A stretch of DNA of 36,002 nucleotides from Bigelowiella natans CCMP2755 (taxonomy: Eukaryota > Protista > Cercozoa). Below are positions 12,758 through 25,066 of this stretch, one piece after another. The stretch lies in contig ADNK01002780.1 of assembly GCA_000320545.1 (NCBI GenBank), forward strand, positions 1 to 36,002, given 5' to 3'. The number at the start of each line of letters is the position of its first letter. Within the stretch, counting starts at the first letter, position 1. A program made the translations under genes and the position numbers. Below the pieces are notes generated by a model. The model did not search any database. It was not told the origin of the DNA and saw only the letters and a list, made by a program, of their open reading frames with translations.

Positions 12758-14433
12758 CTACTTCGTTTGCGACAATTTTTCTTTGAGGGAGGCCACTAAC
12801 GTTCCTGTGGTACTGACGCCACCTGAAACACCATTTACAGACATTAGCGAAGTCCTTCAAGATAACTTGAAAGGGCCGTAGACAGGTAGCAGCAGCAACA
12901 ACAACAACAAGTGGTATAACGGAGAAGGTGGGGAGGATTCGGAGATATTACCATGCATATCTTCATCTCTACCAAAAGCGCCATCTAAGGCTACGAGCGT
13001 GTCGATAAGAGATTCTGCAGGGTTCTTTGTACCACCCGATGATAACGACGACGATGGGGAGGAAGAGGAGGAGAATGAGAGCAAAGCAGCGCATGCCGAA
13101 GGAGGCTCTTCCATCTGCGCCGCGAAGCCATCATCTAAGAGCAGGGTCAGGAGCTTCAAGGCATCCTCCGCCAGCCTTTCGTCTTTGAGCGCCGCGCGAA
13201 GCGTAGTTGTGGTGAGCAGCTCGCAGAGCTCCGGAATTCCAAGCCATACACGAACCAAACCGTGCAAGAACCTCTCTGGGTCGGCCTTGTGACCTGAGAT
13301 CGTCCGATGTGTCAAGCCTACCGCCTTCCTCACCAGCCCCAAGTTTTCTTTCTCGGAGCCCAAGGGATGATGCTGCGCTGACGAGGAGGAGGAGGAGGAA
13401 GAGACTCCTTGGAGGCTCTCTGCCCAAGCTCTCACCACAGTCGCAGGGCCCCCTATATCCCAGAAGACCTTCTGCGCGTCCAGGTTTGAGTCAAGCACGG
13501 CTGAGAGGAAATACAGCGCCTTTTTCCGCAAATACGCTACTGATCGAAGTGACGACGATGATGATGGGTCGGGATCCGATGACGCCGTTGTCGTTGTCGT
13601 CGTTGTCGTCGTTGTCGTGGAAATAGAGGAATTCGAACGCAGGTGGGCTAAGGCCGCATGTATGAGATTTGCTTGGAGCGCCGCCTGTTTCACCTTATCG
13701 TTGTTTTGTACCGCTGTGCCCGCTACCCACAACCCGAGGGATTGGACTCCCATGTATCGAGGCTCTGCGTCATCCCTGGAGAGAAGCTCAAAAATCACGT
13801 CTAGTCCGCCCATGCTCGTCATGTCAACTGCGTTATCGATCTGGTGCGAGAGGTCCTCCAGGTCGGCCAGGTGCTGGGAAATCCTGGGGAGCTCTGTGGC
13901 GTTCCAACCCTGCTGCAACCACTCTTTCACGTCGACTAAGATCGCCTTGATGAGCTTCGCATCGTCCTCTGGGTGGAAGACTTCCTGGTACTTTTTCGCC
14001 CAGAATTTGGCCTTTTTGAACTCCATTGCTCTTTTGACCTTCTCCCTTCGCTCCTGCCTTTTCGCGGCGTCAGGATCGGGGGGGGGGGCTCCAAGGAGGG
14101 GCGTTGCTTCACCTACCCCGCTAGTACTGCCTCCTTCTTCTTCGCCACGGAGCTTGCACTCTCGATCTGTCTTATCATCCGCTCCTGCAGTACATTCCGT
14201 CGAGGTGGTGGTGGAGGAGGAGGAGGAGGAGGGGTTTTCTGGGATTTCTATGGATTTGCTACTTCCCACATTTGTCTCCGAGGAGGGGGGGGATGAATAC
14301 TTGTCACGGTTGACGCCCTTGATCTCTGAAGGCAGGAGCTTCCGAGCTTCCTTTTCACCCGTCTTAACAAAGTAGGCATAATACATCTTCTATCAGCTGG
14401 GTTTACGGGCGTTGTACACCCACCCATCCACCC

Positions 14434-14478
<45 letters not shown>

Positions 14479-14484
14479 CAAAAA

Positions 14485-14558
<74 letters not shown>

Positions 14559-15090
14559 TGCAATGTGAGGAGATGGTTACATTTAGAAAAAAGACAAAAA
14601 CCTGAAGATTCATTCGTATGTAGAGTCCTTCTGGAACAGAAGCTCCGGGGGGTATCTAGTGTGGTGGTGGGGGATAGGAGGATAATGCTTAGTCTTCACG
14701 TTTTCGCCAGCATCGAGCACAACAACGAGCACAACAACGACCACCTTTTGAAATTCATAGGTTGGCACAAAGACAGGAATTGACGCCTGAGGACCAACTT
14801 CGTTTGAGTCTATTTCACTTTCGCTATCACTCGCGACAGAGGCGTCGGCAGCAACATCGGAAGATGCACGAGACGGGATGATGCCGCCCCCCGCCTCGTT
14901 CTCGGTAGCATGACTAGGCTTTTCCGCAATCGCGGTGGCAATCAATAGGCCTGCAAAAGGAGGGTTAGTCACGAACGAGACTTCAATTGAAGACCGCTGA
15001 GTGGACACGGACTTCAAAGTAGCATTATTATATATCATTACAGAAGATTGCCGTCAGAGCGAACCCGACCCGAGACCGATTGAACGCCAT
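12758..15090 (-). CDS. SIL1: SIL1/Fes1-type Hsp70 (BiP) nucleotide exchange factor
   Basis: N-terminal signal-like exon from ATG at 15090. SIL1 N-domain motifs FVPTYEFQK and KTGEKEARKL. Armadillo core LADLEDLSHQIDNAVDMTSMGGL, WVAGTAVQNNDKVK and RKKALYFLSAVL. The last small exon ends ..KEKLSQTK* at 12758. Confidence 0.85.
14437..14557. repeat. Compound intronic microsatellite (CA)n-(TA)n-(TG)n, representative of many SSRs (1-24, 187-250, 2207-2250, 9514-9558, 10378-10404, 11252-11282, 17283-17340, 33484-33514, 35133-35165, 35476-35524)
   Basis: Directly visible dinucleotide and trinucleotide runs. Confidence 0.95.
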
Positions 15091-15599
15091 CATTTGAATC
15101 AAAGCTGGCGAAGAGGAGCAACCACAATGGGAAATGGTGAAGCGCCCCCTCCGCTGACGTCGGGAGAGGCCTGTCTGACGTCAGCCGTTGTAGGCTGGAG
15201 CATGCTCAGCTGTGAGCCCGAAAGCACCTTCGTGGAAAACAAGACTAAAAATTGAACCGAAAACATCCTAAGGAAAAAACTTTTTTTTTTGCAAAACGTG
15301 CTCTTATGCGGGGAACGTTCGGGGAAGCGAGCCCAAGACCCAAGACACAAAAAGCGTTCGCAACCAAAATCGATCGAAAATCATGTCGCACGACCAGAAT
15401 GCCCTGAGATATCCCGGAAATGTGTTCTTGATTTTGTTGTCGCGATGTAGAAATCGCACATGCTTTTTCCGTTGAAGCACCAGTAGATCTGGTAAAGATA
15501 CTCAACAGCTCTGTGGCCTCCTCCTCTGGGAACCCCATAACCGGTAAATCGTACTCTAATCTTCCGTATCATCCACAGCCGTGCATCAGGTTTCCCTAC

Positions 15600-17280
15600 C
15601 ACGGGCTGTACCTGCCTTGTGGTATCCCAAATATTTTCGAACGCGCGTAGAGAGGAAGATAAAGAAGGGGGGCGGGGGATGGGGCGTCCACACGCGGATT
15701 ATCGATTCATGCCTCAGATCTGGATCGTTGCATTCTTCAGGTGGCGACCGCTGGTTACTTAACCTATGGGCGAGAGTCGCCATTTCGAGTGCCATGATCA
15801 TCATATTGGAGGGTTAGAATCACCAAAACAATCTGAAAATCGATTGTGAAGGAAGAAATGCCCGACAAAAGCGACGATATTTTGCAAACTAGGTATCGGA
15901 AGGCAAGCATAGTCATCACCGGAGTCATCTTCGTCACAACCTGTTTGCATATCCTATCGATTCGGTAATGATCCAAATCATATATATACCTTCGCAGAGC
16001 AACAAATCACTGTGGCCTGCATGAGAGCGTAGACTTCGCCAGTAACATATCTACTCGTGATCGCCGTCTAAATCGCATAGGAATCGGACTTGTCAGCTTT
16101 ATGAGAAGAATTTGCTATCTCCTTTACGGTGAGTTAAACTCAGGCCACCCACCTCACTGAAAAACCCGTGGTTTGCCTGTATCAGTCAGCATGTACCAAT
16201 CCAAGTAATCCACAATGTATATTGTAGACTATGGGTCGCACGGCACTACCAGCTGAACTCCTCTGTACCTCTGATGATAAGTAAGTCGCTAGGGAAATAA
16301 TACACATGCACGATTCCTTTGCTTATACTATCAATTTTTTTCACTCTTCGTTCATTAAGCTGCGCCATTCTTGTCGTAGCTTCGCTCATCTACTTCCATG
16401 AATCGCTCCACTAATACGAGTCGTGGTGCAGGTGTCATTGCCCTGATAACGTTGTTATTCCCTGATCTTCACCTATGGATCTGGCCAGCAGCTATGGGGG
16501 TATCTACTCTTTTTATTCCTGTCAGTCGGGGGAGGGGAGAGAGGCACGAGAATCTCCTCTCTCATTCCTCTGTAATATCTTCGTCGTGGGCCCGTCGTAT
16601 GTTCGTCTGTTTATGGTGTTGCTGGAAGGTGGTTTCGCTGTCTTTCTACTGCTGGTTCATCATCGTCATGCACTGGGGTAAGTTCGCTTACCACATACAA
16701 TCGCGCTTTCTTCAGATCGAAGCACGTATCGTTATTCCCGTGCCCCCCCCCAATTGTTTTCGATGCACTAGGGACTCCGCAAAAAGCGAGGGATACGGAG
16801 AGTTTCGGTAGCGGCATTCTCGATGGCAGTAACAGTAAAAACGTCGATGACAATGATAATACCCTGAAACTGAGGACAGAGTCCACAGGTTGTTAGCATA
16901 TCATGTGCTTGTTTCTTGTAACGATTGTTGTTGTTGTTGTTGACCGATAGTAATGATGATGAAAGCGACCACGCTAAGTAATGACATTGACGGTGATTAC
17001 CGTGTAGGATTGGGCCTTCTCCTTCCCTCACCCCGACGAAAGCTCGCCTGGCATCATCGCCGGGCGCTTCTCAATAAACTCAACAAGTCCCCTGCAGCGG
17101 AGCATGTACCTTACGCAATTTGCGATTTGTAGAAATTCTATAAGATGACTATGTGAGTTGTAGTTTTGCATTGATACGAATCTCTCATACACGACCGTGA
17201 TCATTGCAGGGGGGGTATTCGTGGAAGTGCTTCCACGTGCGTTTCTGCTGCTGCACATTTGAAAACAGGGTCAATTTCGG

Positions 17281-17321
<41 letters not shown>

Positions 17322-18042
17322 TGTGTGTGTGTGTGTGTGTTGAGATGTAGAAAAAGTTTTCTTTGCAATCCAGGAAGGAGTGAAGAAGCTAGATCTTATC
17401 TAATGCCTCACTGCAGCAACTTCCACGCAAGCACGCACACCATCATCATCATCATCATCATCATCAGCTGCAGCAGCAGCATCCTGTTTATTTGACTATC
17501 TGCTGTTAGTCGGATCTCGTGAAATTCAGCATCAGACTCGCAGCTTTCGTCCTCCTCCGCATGCCGGTCGGTTGTTGGCACCAAACGACGACGATGATGA
17601 TGATGATGACGCAAGAGAATGTTTCTTTCCCCAAAAAAAAAATGCGTGTTGGCCATCTCCAAGTTCCATATTAACACTGACTACGCTCTATACCTTGGTC
17701 AAGCATGCTATTCTGTCATGACAATGATTCCTACTTCTTCTTCTACTACTCAGCTGGACTATTGCTATGCTATTTGGGCAATGTACGTCACCGTCTACCA
17801 AGTGTCTGTCTGTAGATGAAACATCCGTCTTTGTATCTCTAGTTCTCTGTCTCTCTCAACGATATTTCATTGATCCTCCCCCCCCCCCCCCCCCCTCTCT
17901 TGTGTGTGTGTTTGTGTGTGTATGTTTGGCAGCTACGGGAATGTGGACACTGTGGCCTCGATCATCTCAATCGCCGCTCTCAGAATCATCACGACGTTAA
18001 TACCTGTGCAGGTAGCATTCTCCTCGGAAACGAATAGCAGAT

Positions 18043-18083
<41 letters not shown>

Positions 18084-19093
18084 TACATTTAGCATGTAAT
18101 GATAATACCTTGTGTCTAAGTAAGAGCTTCTGAGTGATGATCTTGTGATTGATATGCGCAATAGTCTGGAAAGCTCGTTTACGAGCATCTGCGGGAAATT
18201 GCTGTTGTCCCTAGAATCCAGTACGGTTCATTCTCGCCTCATTGCTCGATCATTGTCATTCTCTGCATGGCTTCCCTCCCCTTTGCGTGTGTGTGTTTCT
18301 CAATATTGAAGCTTCTTTGGGTTTGACGTTTCAGTGGCAAATACGTTTCGACTCTGCTGCTAGTGCTCCTCATCCAAGTGCAAAACATCATCGTGAATAC
18401 CGTAATCAAAATCCTCCGCCCTTCTGCTTCGGCATTCACGCGCACACACGCGTAGAAACAGACGTACACGGTGTCCTGGGAAGGGGTGCGAGATGTTGAA
18501 GCATCCTTTCCAATGACAGCATTCATCAATGATTCTCATTTGTAGCCTATAAACCCCTCTTCGTGCTGTTCCTGTGCTGTTGATATTGCTCCCGTCGCTT
18601 CTTCATGAATCGTCTTGTTTCTTCTGCTTTCGATGTTTTGCTTCTTCCGTGGAATAAAGTGCTTGGGTTTCATCAGCACCAAGAGCGATCAGAAGGTAGC
18701 TAGACGATGCCGTATAACGTTGTACTGCTGAATCATCGCGGCCGCGACGATGGCGGCATTTTCCATAATGTCTCCCCAAACCCCAACCCCCGTCATTTCT
18801 ACCAGTGTTTCGCTGCGTTCATTGAAGGGCTGTTGGTCAACTTGGAAATGCTCTTGGTAAGGATTCTTCCTGCATCTACGATGTCCTGCTGCCATTATTT
18901 ATTGAGGATCGCCCTGCCAGACGAACCTTGCTGCAACCAGAGGTCATCTGGTTTATTTCTGATAGCTTGTGTGGGTATTTGCTAGGTGTCACTCGCCCAT
19001 TTCCGGTACTTTAGTGGCAACGATATAGCCGGCTGGGATCCGAGCAACAAGGTGCTGCTCTCTTGGCATGGTTGACGACGACGACGATGATGA

Positions 19094-19132
<39 letters not shown>

Positions 19133-19290
19133 TGGTGGATGGGAATTGTCAATCCATTTCTATTCCCTACAGAACCTTCCTGGAATACCGAAGATCTCCA
19201 ACGACCTAGAGCGCCTGGAACATTTCCTCGGGGAGGAAGGGGGGGGGTGTCCTCCCCGGCGCGGAGTGGGGCATTCACGACGGCATTGAC
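15600..19290 (+). CDS. TMEM184/OST-alpha (organic solute transporter)-like multi-pass membrane protein, many exons
   Basis: Hydrophobic + strand exons with GT-AG borders: VPLMI|GVIALITLLFPDLHLWIW, VDTVASIISIAALRIITTLIPVQ, GKYVSTLLLVLLIQVQNIIVNT and FIEGLLVNLEMLL|VSLAHFRYFS. The last resembles the family's IEM..aaiaH.yaFs motif. Ends are uncertain. Confidence 0.55.
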
Positions 19291-19849
19291 CATAAATCCC
19301 CATCGGTGCTACTCTCAACCAACCACATCAGGACCGCATAGCGAAAACCAAAAAACAGTATCAGTTCATCACCGTCACAAGAAACTTTACTTTCGCATTT
19401 TTTGTCCTGCAACATACTTTTTACACGGCTCCGTCGCTGATATCATCAGTGTTTTCTTGTCTGCTACTGCCAACACCAACCTTGCTGGTGGTAGCAGGGG
19501 CGACGTGAAAACGTCAACGGTTTCATTTAGTAGCTTGCGAGACGCTGCATGCCTATGTTGTGGTAGGAGTACGAGCCTCAAGAATCGTTATCGAATCGTA
19601 TTTAACGTGTGTATTGGTGGTGTTTTTGTGCAACCATGAGACCTGCTTACGCAAGTTGCTATTTTTTATCTTGACGTACGCAGGTGATTTCTAGCGATAT
19701 GGCGACAAGCCAGCATGGGACAGGATGGTTCCCCGGTGCTCGTAATGGTGGCAGTCAGGATTTAGTTGCAGCTGCTGTGGGCAAGAGAGAATCAGTGGCT
19801 CAACCTGTATTGTGAGCATAAGATAACAGCGCTCCACTTCCCTCCGGGC

Positions 19850-21850
19850 GTAGGTACTAGCGTATGCATGTGCATACGCAATGCTGGAATACGGCGAAAT
19901 ATAATCGTTAGAGCGCGCATGCGGAAGCCAGATAGGCAGTCTGGCGCTATAAGCCATCTCTAGCATCTATCCATTTGTTGCCTCGGTTGTGCTGGCCTAG
20001 CCGTAGTAACATGCGTAGCTAGGGACGACCCATGTAACGAGTGGGCGTAGGCTTAGCTATAGCAGCAGGAGCCGCGCGCGCGCGGACCTATAGCTAGCTA
20101 CAGCTAGATCGCTTGCGCGTGCATCGCATGTGGCAGATGACACGTGCGCAATGCAATTATACAATGACATGACTAGCTAGTATACTAGCTAGCTAGCTAG
20201 ATGCTGAACAACTAATAGCGGAAGGACAATGTGCGTGAGGCGCCAGCAAGCCACGTGTGCGTGCCTGATTGACAACTATAGACATGTAATTTATGACGTG
20301 CAATGAACACATCTAGACATGCTCGCGTGGCATGTGCACACACATCTAGCAGACATGGCAAATCTAGCAATGCGCATGCGTGCGCCTGCAATGGATCTAG
20401 GAATCATCGCTATGTGCTTGCAACAGCACATATATACACATGCTAGTAGCACATGATGAAGTGCGGGCTGACATATAGGGCCAAGTTCAAGAAGTCCACT
20501 ACACTAGTACAGCTGCTTTGCTTCGTCTGCTCGTGGAAAAACGACCAAAGCAAAGAAGTGATGTGCATTTTGCCATGCACATCAATTGCATGAGTGCGCG
20601 CCTTGCGCGAATGCTTGCAAGGACCATTTGATTTAGATGAGCGCATGCGTGCATGATGCACGAGGCGAACGTGCGTAGTGGCTGCGTGGCATCCAATGAT
20701 GGTTGCGAGGATCGAAGTCCTGACATTGTGCGTGCGCGCTGCTGAGCGCGCTACGCTTGCATTGTGGCCACGACTGCATCAAATGTGCAACGAATGGCAT
20801 GAATTTTCAATTGAGAGTCATCGAGTGCATGTTTGCGCGTTCACGTGCGCCCAGGTGCATGCTTTTTGCGTGCGTGTGCTGAAACTTCGCACGTCCACAA
20901 AGCTGGTGTGCACACACCCTCATGAGCTTGCAAAACTTGTGGCACGCAAATGCAAATGCGCTAGCGTGTTCAAAAGTGGCAAGAATGCTTTTTCAATTTT
21001 TGCCCGCTGGCAGGCGTTGAAAAATGAGGTTTAAAAGCTGAAATTCGAAAAAAAAATCAAATTTGAACCTCAAACAGGCTCTAGTGTGCTTCCAATGTCC
21101 AATTGCAACGATTGAGCGCGCCAGGCCGCAGGCGCAAAGCACAGTTTGTTCAAAACCCACTCGTTACCGGGATTGATACAGTTGTGGCACACACATGGCT
21201 AGATGGTCTAGATGGTGCGTCGCGCGCAAACACAACAATGAATAAGCTCACATGTTCTGATCACATGTGCATCGTACGTGCATTCGATCAATAACAAATG
21301 TGCTCATCATCATCTAGCTAGCTCACGCAATTGCATATGGCAATTACATCGTTAGAGATCGACGGATGTAACAAATCAATTAAAATTTATTTGTTCGATC
21401 AACAGGGTCATCCTCTTCCTCGCACATATGTGTGCAGCATGTATATGTACGTAGCTATACATTAGATAGCATAGAGCTATATGACATGTGCAATGATGCG
21501 ATGCAGCGGCTACGTACGTGCGCAGCGCTAGCCGCAAATGTCGAATCTGTTAATTATATTGGTTTCCGCTGCTACATATGATGCTGTGCTACGCTAGCAT
21601 GTACGTGTGACTACTAGTTTTTTTCCGATCGCGATTGCAGTCTCTGCGGCTAGCTAGCAGAAGAGTGCGCAATAACACATGAATCAAGGCATTTCCCGTT
21701 TCTTGTTAGTTTAGCGCACATAGGATGACTATGGCGGATGCCGCATCGAAGCTATGCTATAACTGTGCGCATGCACGAAACAAACATGCTGCGTGCTAGC
21801 ATGCCAAATAGTAAATGTGATTCTCTCTCACACTGAGGCATGATTTCTAC
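19850..21850. repeat. TpA-depleted, CTAG/CATG-rich degenerate repeat island A (probable decayed transposable element)
   Basis: 20701-21000 has only 2 TA dinucleotides in 300 bp. (CTAG)n runs occur at about 20090-20200. Residual frames are Cys/His/Ala-rich and Tyr-poor. Confidence 0.65.
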
Positions 21851-22084
21851 GTCGTTGATTTGTTGACTATTATAGTAAATCAACTTACATTGACAGATAT
21901 TATTTCATAGTGGAAAAGGTCAAATCGAATCTAAGACCAAATAGTCTCAGAGTGTAATTTTCGCCCCCTTCAACAGCTGGCACGCGTTCTCACATGGAGA
22001 CAGGACAGCTTCTTCAGGAGGGTAACGAAAGAACCCACCCAGGCTTTCATTAATCTTTTCTCATCAAGCTTAGGTAATGCTAAT

Positions 22085-23455
22085 TTACGTGCTCTTGATG
22101 AGAGTAGCCTTTGCTGGAGTGGCTTCCTGCTTTTGAATGAGATTCTCAGTTTCCTCATCCTTACCAGCTTCAACTGCAGCAGTAGCCTTTGCACGGTTTT
22201 TGAGTTGGCTGCGGTCCCAAGAGTAGTAAGCGCCTCCAAGAAGTGCAAGAGCAGTACCAACTCCAGCAACTGGGTTGTATGCTTCACCGAGAACGATGAT
22301 ACCGTAGGCAACGACGACGAACTTGTTCATGTTAACAACAACAAGGAAGGAAGTTGCTGAAATACGGCGCTGTGCACGGAAAGCGGTGTAGGAGATGCAA
22401 GCTCCGCAGAGGCAAGACCAGACGATGAATCCCCATCCAGCAGGAGTTACCTCAGAGAAGTTTCCGAGGCTATTCCACTCATTTTTTCCGAGCATCATAA
22501 GCAGAGGCATTGCAAGTACACAAACGGAGTTGTTGTACAGCATAAGTCCGGAATCAGACATGTCAACAGGGTTCTCAGCCATAAGGTAACGTTGGGCAAG
22601 ACGCTCGCCAGTAGCGACGAACATGTTAGCGATCATGAAAACAATACCGATGACCTCAGCACCAATTCCCTTTTGGAAGACAGCATAGAGGACAACACCA
22701 AGCATGATGACACCAAGAGATCCAAAGGTGTGTGGAGAAGCAACGAACTTTGCGCGGTTGAAGGAAACTTCAACAAGAAGTCCAAGAAGAGGGGAGATCA
22801 TACGGATAACGACAACAGTTCCAAGGGTGCAGAACTCGTAAGCAACCATCGAAGTGGCAAGCATACCGACGAAAAGTAATGAAACAGGAAGCCATCGCAC
22901 CTTATCAGTGAAAGATCCAAGGCGAATAGTCTTGTAGGCAGGGATAAGAATTCCAAGAGTAACTCCGCACTGGATACCAACAAGCATCATAGGCAACTTG
23001 AGCGCGCTCACGGCCATCTTGTTTGCGATAGCCATACCAGCGGACGCAGCCATGAAAGCACAAACGGAAAGTACAACGTCGATCCAGAGGTAACCCCCAA
23101 CCATCTCGTCGTTCTTACCACCAAGAAGGCGGGAAGGACGAAGGGTCTCATCTTGAACTTCAGCAACTTCCTCCTTCTCTGCACCGCTTCGAGATAGGCA
23201 CATGTAGGTGATGAAAGATGCGATAATGATGGAGAAAACACCAACGCACGAAATTGCAATTGTCACAGGAGTGAACTTAAAGTCGTGGGAAGGACTATTA
23301 GAAACAGCTGCTGCCTGTACAACTTCCTGAGCAAGGACGGCCGCAGGTGCAGGGGCAGTTACAGCAGTTTCATTGAAACCAATAACACCGGTCTCCCTCT
23401 GGTTTGAGAGGGCGAGAGAGGAGGATGCGAACAGTAGTGCAACGATTGCGATCAT
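22085..23455 (-). CDS. GDP-sugar (GDP-fucose/mannose-type, GONST3/4-like, SLC35) nucleotide-sugar transporter, intronless
   Basis: Single 456-aa ORF with about 10 TM segments. Motifs ANKMAV, VVIRMISPLL, LMLYNN, SYTAFRAQRRISATSFLVVVNMNK (variant of the GDP-sugar GxLNK motif). It has an N-terminal extension of about 120 aa. Confidence 0.9.
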   Translation of the reverse strand: MIAIVALLFASSSLALSNQRETGVIGFNETAVTAPAPAAVLAQEVVQAAAVSNSPSHDFKFTPVTIAISCVGVFSIIIASFITYMCLSRSGAEKEEVAEVQDETLRPSRLLGGKNDEMVGGYLWIDVVLSVCAFMAASAGMAIANKMAVSALKLPMMLVGIQCGVTLGILIPAYKTIRLGSFTDKVRWLPVSLLFVGMLATSMVAYEFCTLGTVVVIRMISPLLGLLVEVSFNRAKFVASPHTFGSLGVIMLGVVLYAVFQKGIGAEVIGIVFMIANMFVATGERLAQRYLMAENPVDMSDSGLMLYNNSVCVLAMPLLMMLGKNEWNSLGNFSEVTPAGWGFIVWSCLCGACISYTAFRAQRRISATSFLVVVNMNKFVVVAYGIIVLGEAYNPVAGVGTALALLGGAYYSWDRSQLKNRAKATAAVEAGKDEETENLIQKQEATPAKATLIKST

Positions 23456-24134
23456 TATTAGAATATGAATGAGTGGACGTAGATAACTTCTGGTGAGGGG
23501 GAAGAGTCAAAATACACCAGATGTAACCACGGGGTGAGGGTTGGGTGGGTGGGTGGGTGAAAGCTGTTTGGTTAATGGAAATCTAGTTTCGATTTGGGGC
23601 GACCTGCGAACCCTAAGTGATATAAATGCAGGCCATTCAGGCAGGTGAACAGGATTAGTGATTCAGTCACATGAACTGCTACATTGCCTCCCATAATATT
23701 CTTGGGTGAATTTATTTGATTATTTATACTACATTTTGGCATATTTTTAACCTTATTCTATTGTCGTTATTTATAAATTATGACTCATGTCTCAATAAGT
23801 TAGGCTCTTCTAAAGGATTGCAGCACCACTGAAATGGCTCCAGGTTTGTCTTTGTTTCATCCGGAATCAAGATCCATGTAAGTTAAATTGATTTTAGATC
23901 GTGTTTGCGTTCACATGTATTTGATGAAATCACAATTGTAGGGTAAATATTCATTTTAAGAAGACGACATTCGTATAATTAATTTTAAAGGCGAATCAAA
24001 TGTATACATTTATGCATAAAAAGACTAAGTCGACTGAGATACATGTATCAAAAATCCCGTGTATTTTGATTACGCATCTCATCGATCCTGATCCCTCTCT
24101 ACGATAAATTAAGTTTGCATGGTATTTCTTCTAC

Positions 24135-24568
24135 AAATACTGGTCATTGACCGTCATTGGCGGTGTAAACCGGAAAAAAACTCTAAAAATCCGATTTTGT
24201 TCGCCATTGACCGATATTGACCGATTTTTTAATTTTGCTTCCGGATCGATATTTTGAAAAAATGCGTTCTGCATTTGGAGACGTCTCTGATGGGATTAAA
24301 TCTCAGAGCTATTCCACAGCTTATCTCGTTTACGACAACCAAAAGATCGTACTTTAAGCTTTTCATACGATTTGCTCGAGAGTTTTTACAACTTTTCCCC
24401 AGATATCTTCAATATGACCGTTACATCATCATTTTTCGTGTTAAAACATTGCTGTTCTACTAACGTTACTTTTAAAACTCTCGAAAAAGCAAATCGGGAA
24501 ATGGTTTTGAAACCATACCTCCAACAAAAATCGGGTAATGACGGTAAAATCAAATGACCGGTGGATTT
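24135..24568. mobile_element. MITE-like non-autonomous element with imperfect terminal inverted repeats
   Basis: Left end aaatactggtcattgaccgtcatt...ccgattttgtt. Right end aacaaaaatcgggtaatgacggt...aaatgaccggtggattt. Internal TGACCG repeats. No ORF of note and no clear TSD. Confidence 0.45.
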
Positions 24569-25066
24569 TAGTGAAATATAGCACATTTGTTTAAGGAAAA
24601 AGAGTAACCGAAGATGAAACAGGCTCCCATGTCGCATCAGAATCCGAGGCCGTATTTTCGTGTTGCTGTCTAGGAATGCCCAAAAGCCCGCTAAAATGTC
24701 ACCAACTTGCTCTGGTACTTCTGGACCAAATTGGGCGACATTCTTCAGCCTTCATTGTGAAAATTATCCAAGTTAAAAGGCAAAAATAACATTAGAAATG
24801 GGAATGTTGAGTTATTTGTTGATATTAATAGAGGACATTCATGTATTATCTGAAGATCGGATTCTTGAATGTATTTTGGATAACTGTCCCGTGTGGTTCA
24901 TCATGTAAGACAGTTACGTACCTGGATTCTTTACCGCCTATCACGGGGATTTATATTTTATACTTAAATAGGTGTGATTTATGATCAATATTTAAATAGG
25001 ATCCCAATAAATCGTTTAACATTGAAGACGGTTCTTGACAATAGATCTGAAAGGGCTGAGTGAGAC

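Noticed and set aside
13617-14375. 252-aa + strand ORF
   Set aside because: Antisense shadow of the SIL1 exon.
21970-22879. Alternative-frame and antisense ORFs over the transporter
   Set aside because: Shadows of the 456-aa CDS.
23530-23626. G-quadruplex-like (GGGT)n, telo-box-like AACCCTAA and TATAAAT upstream of the transporter
   Set aside because: Short motifs in a G-run-rich genome with inconsistent orientation. Function cannot be supported from sequence alone.
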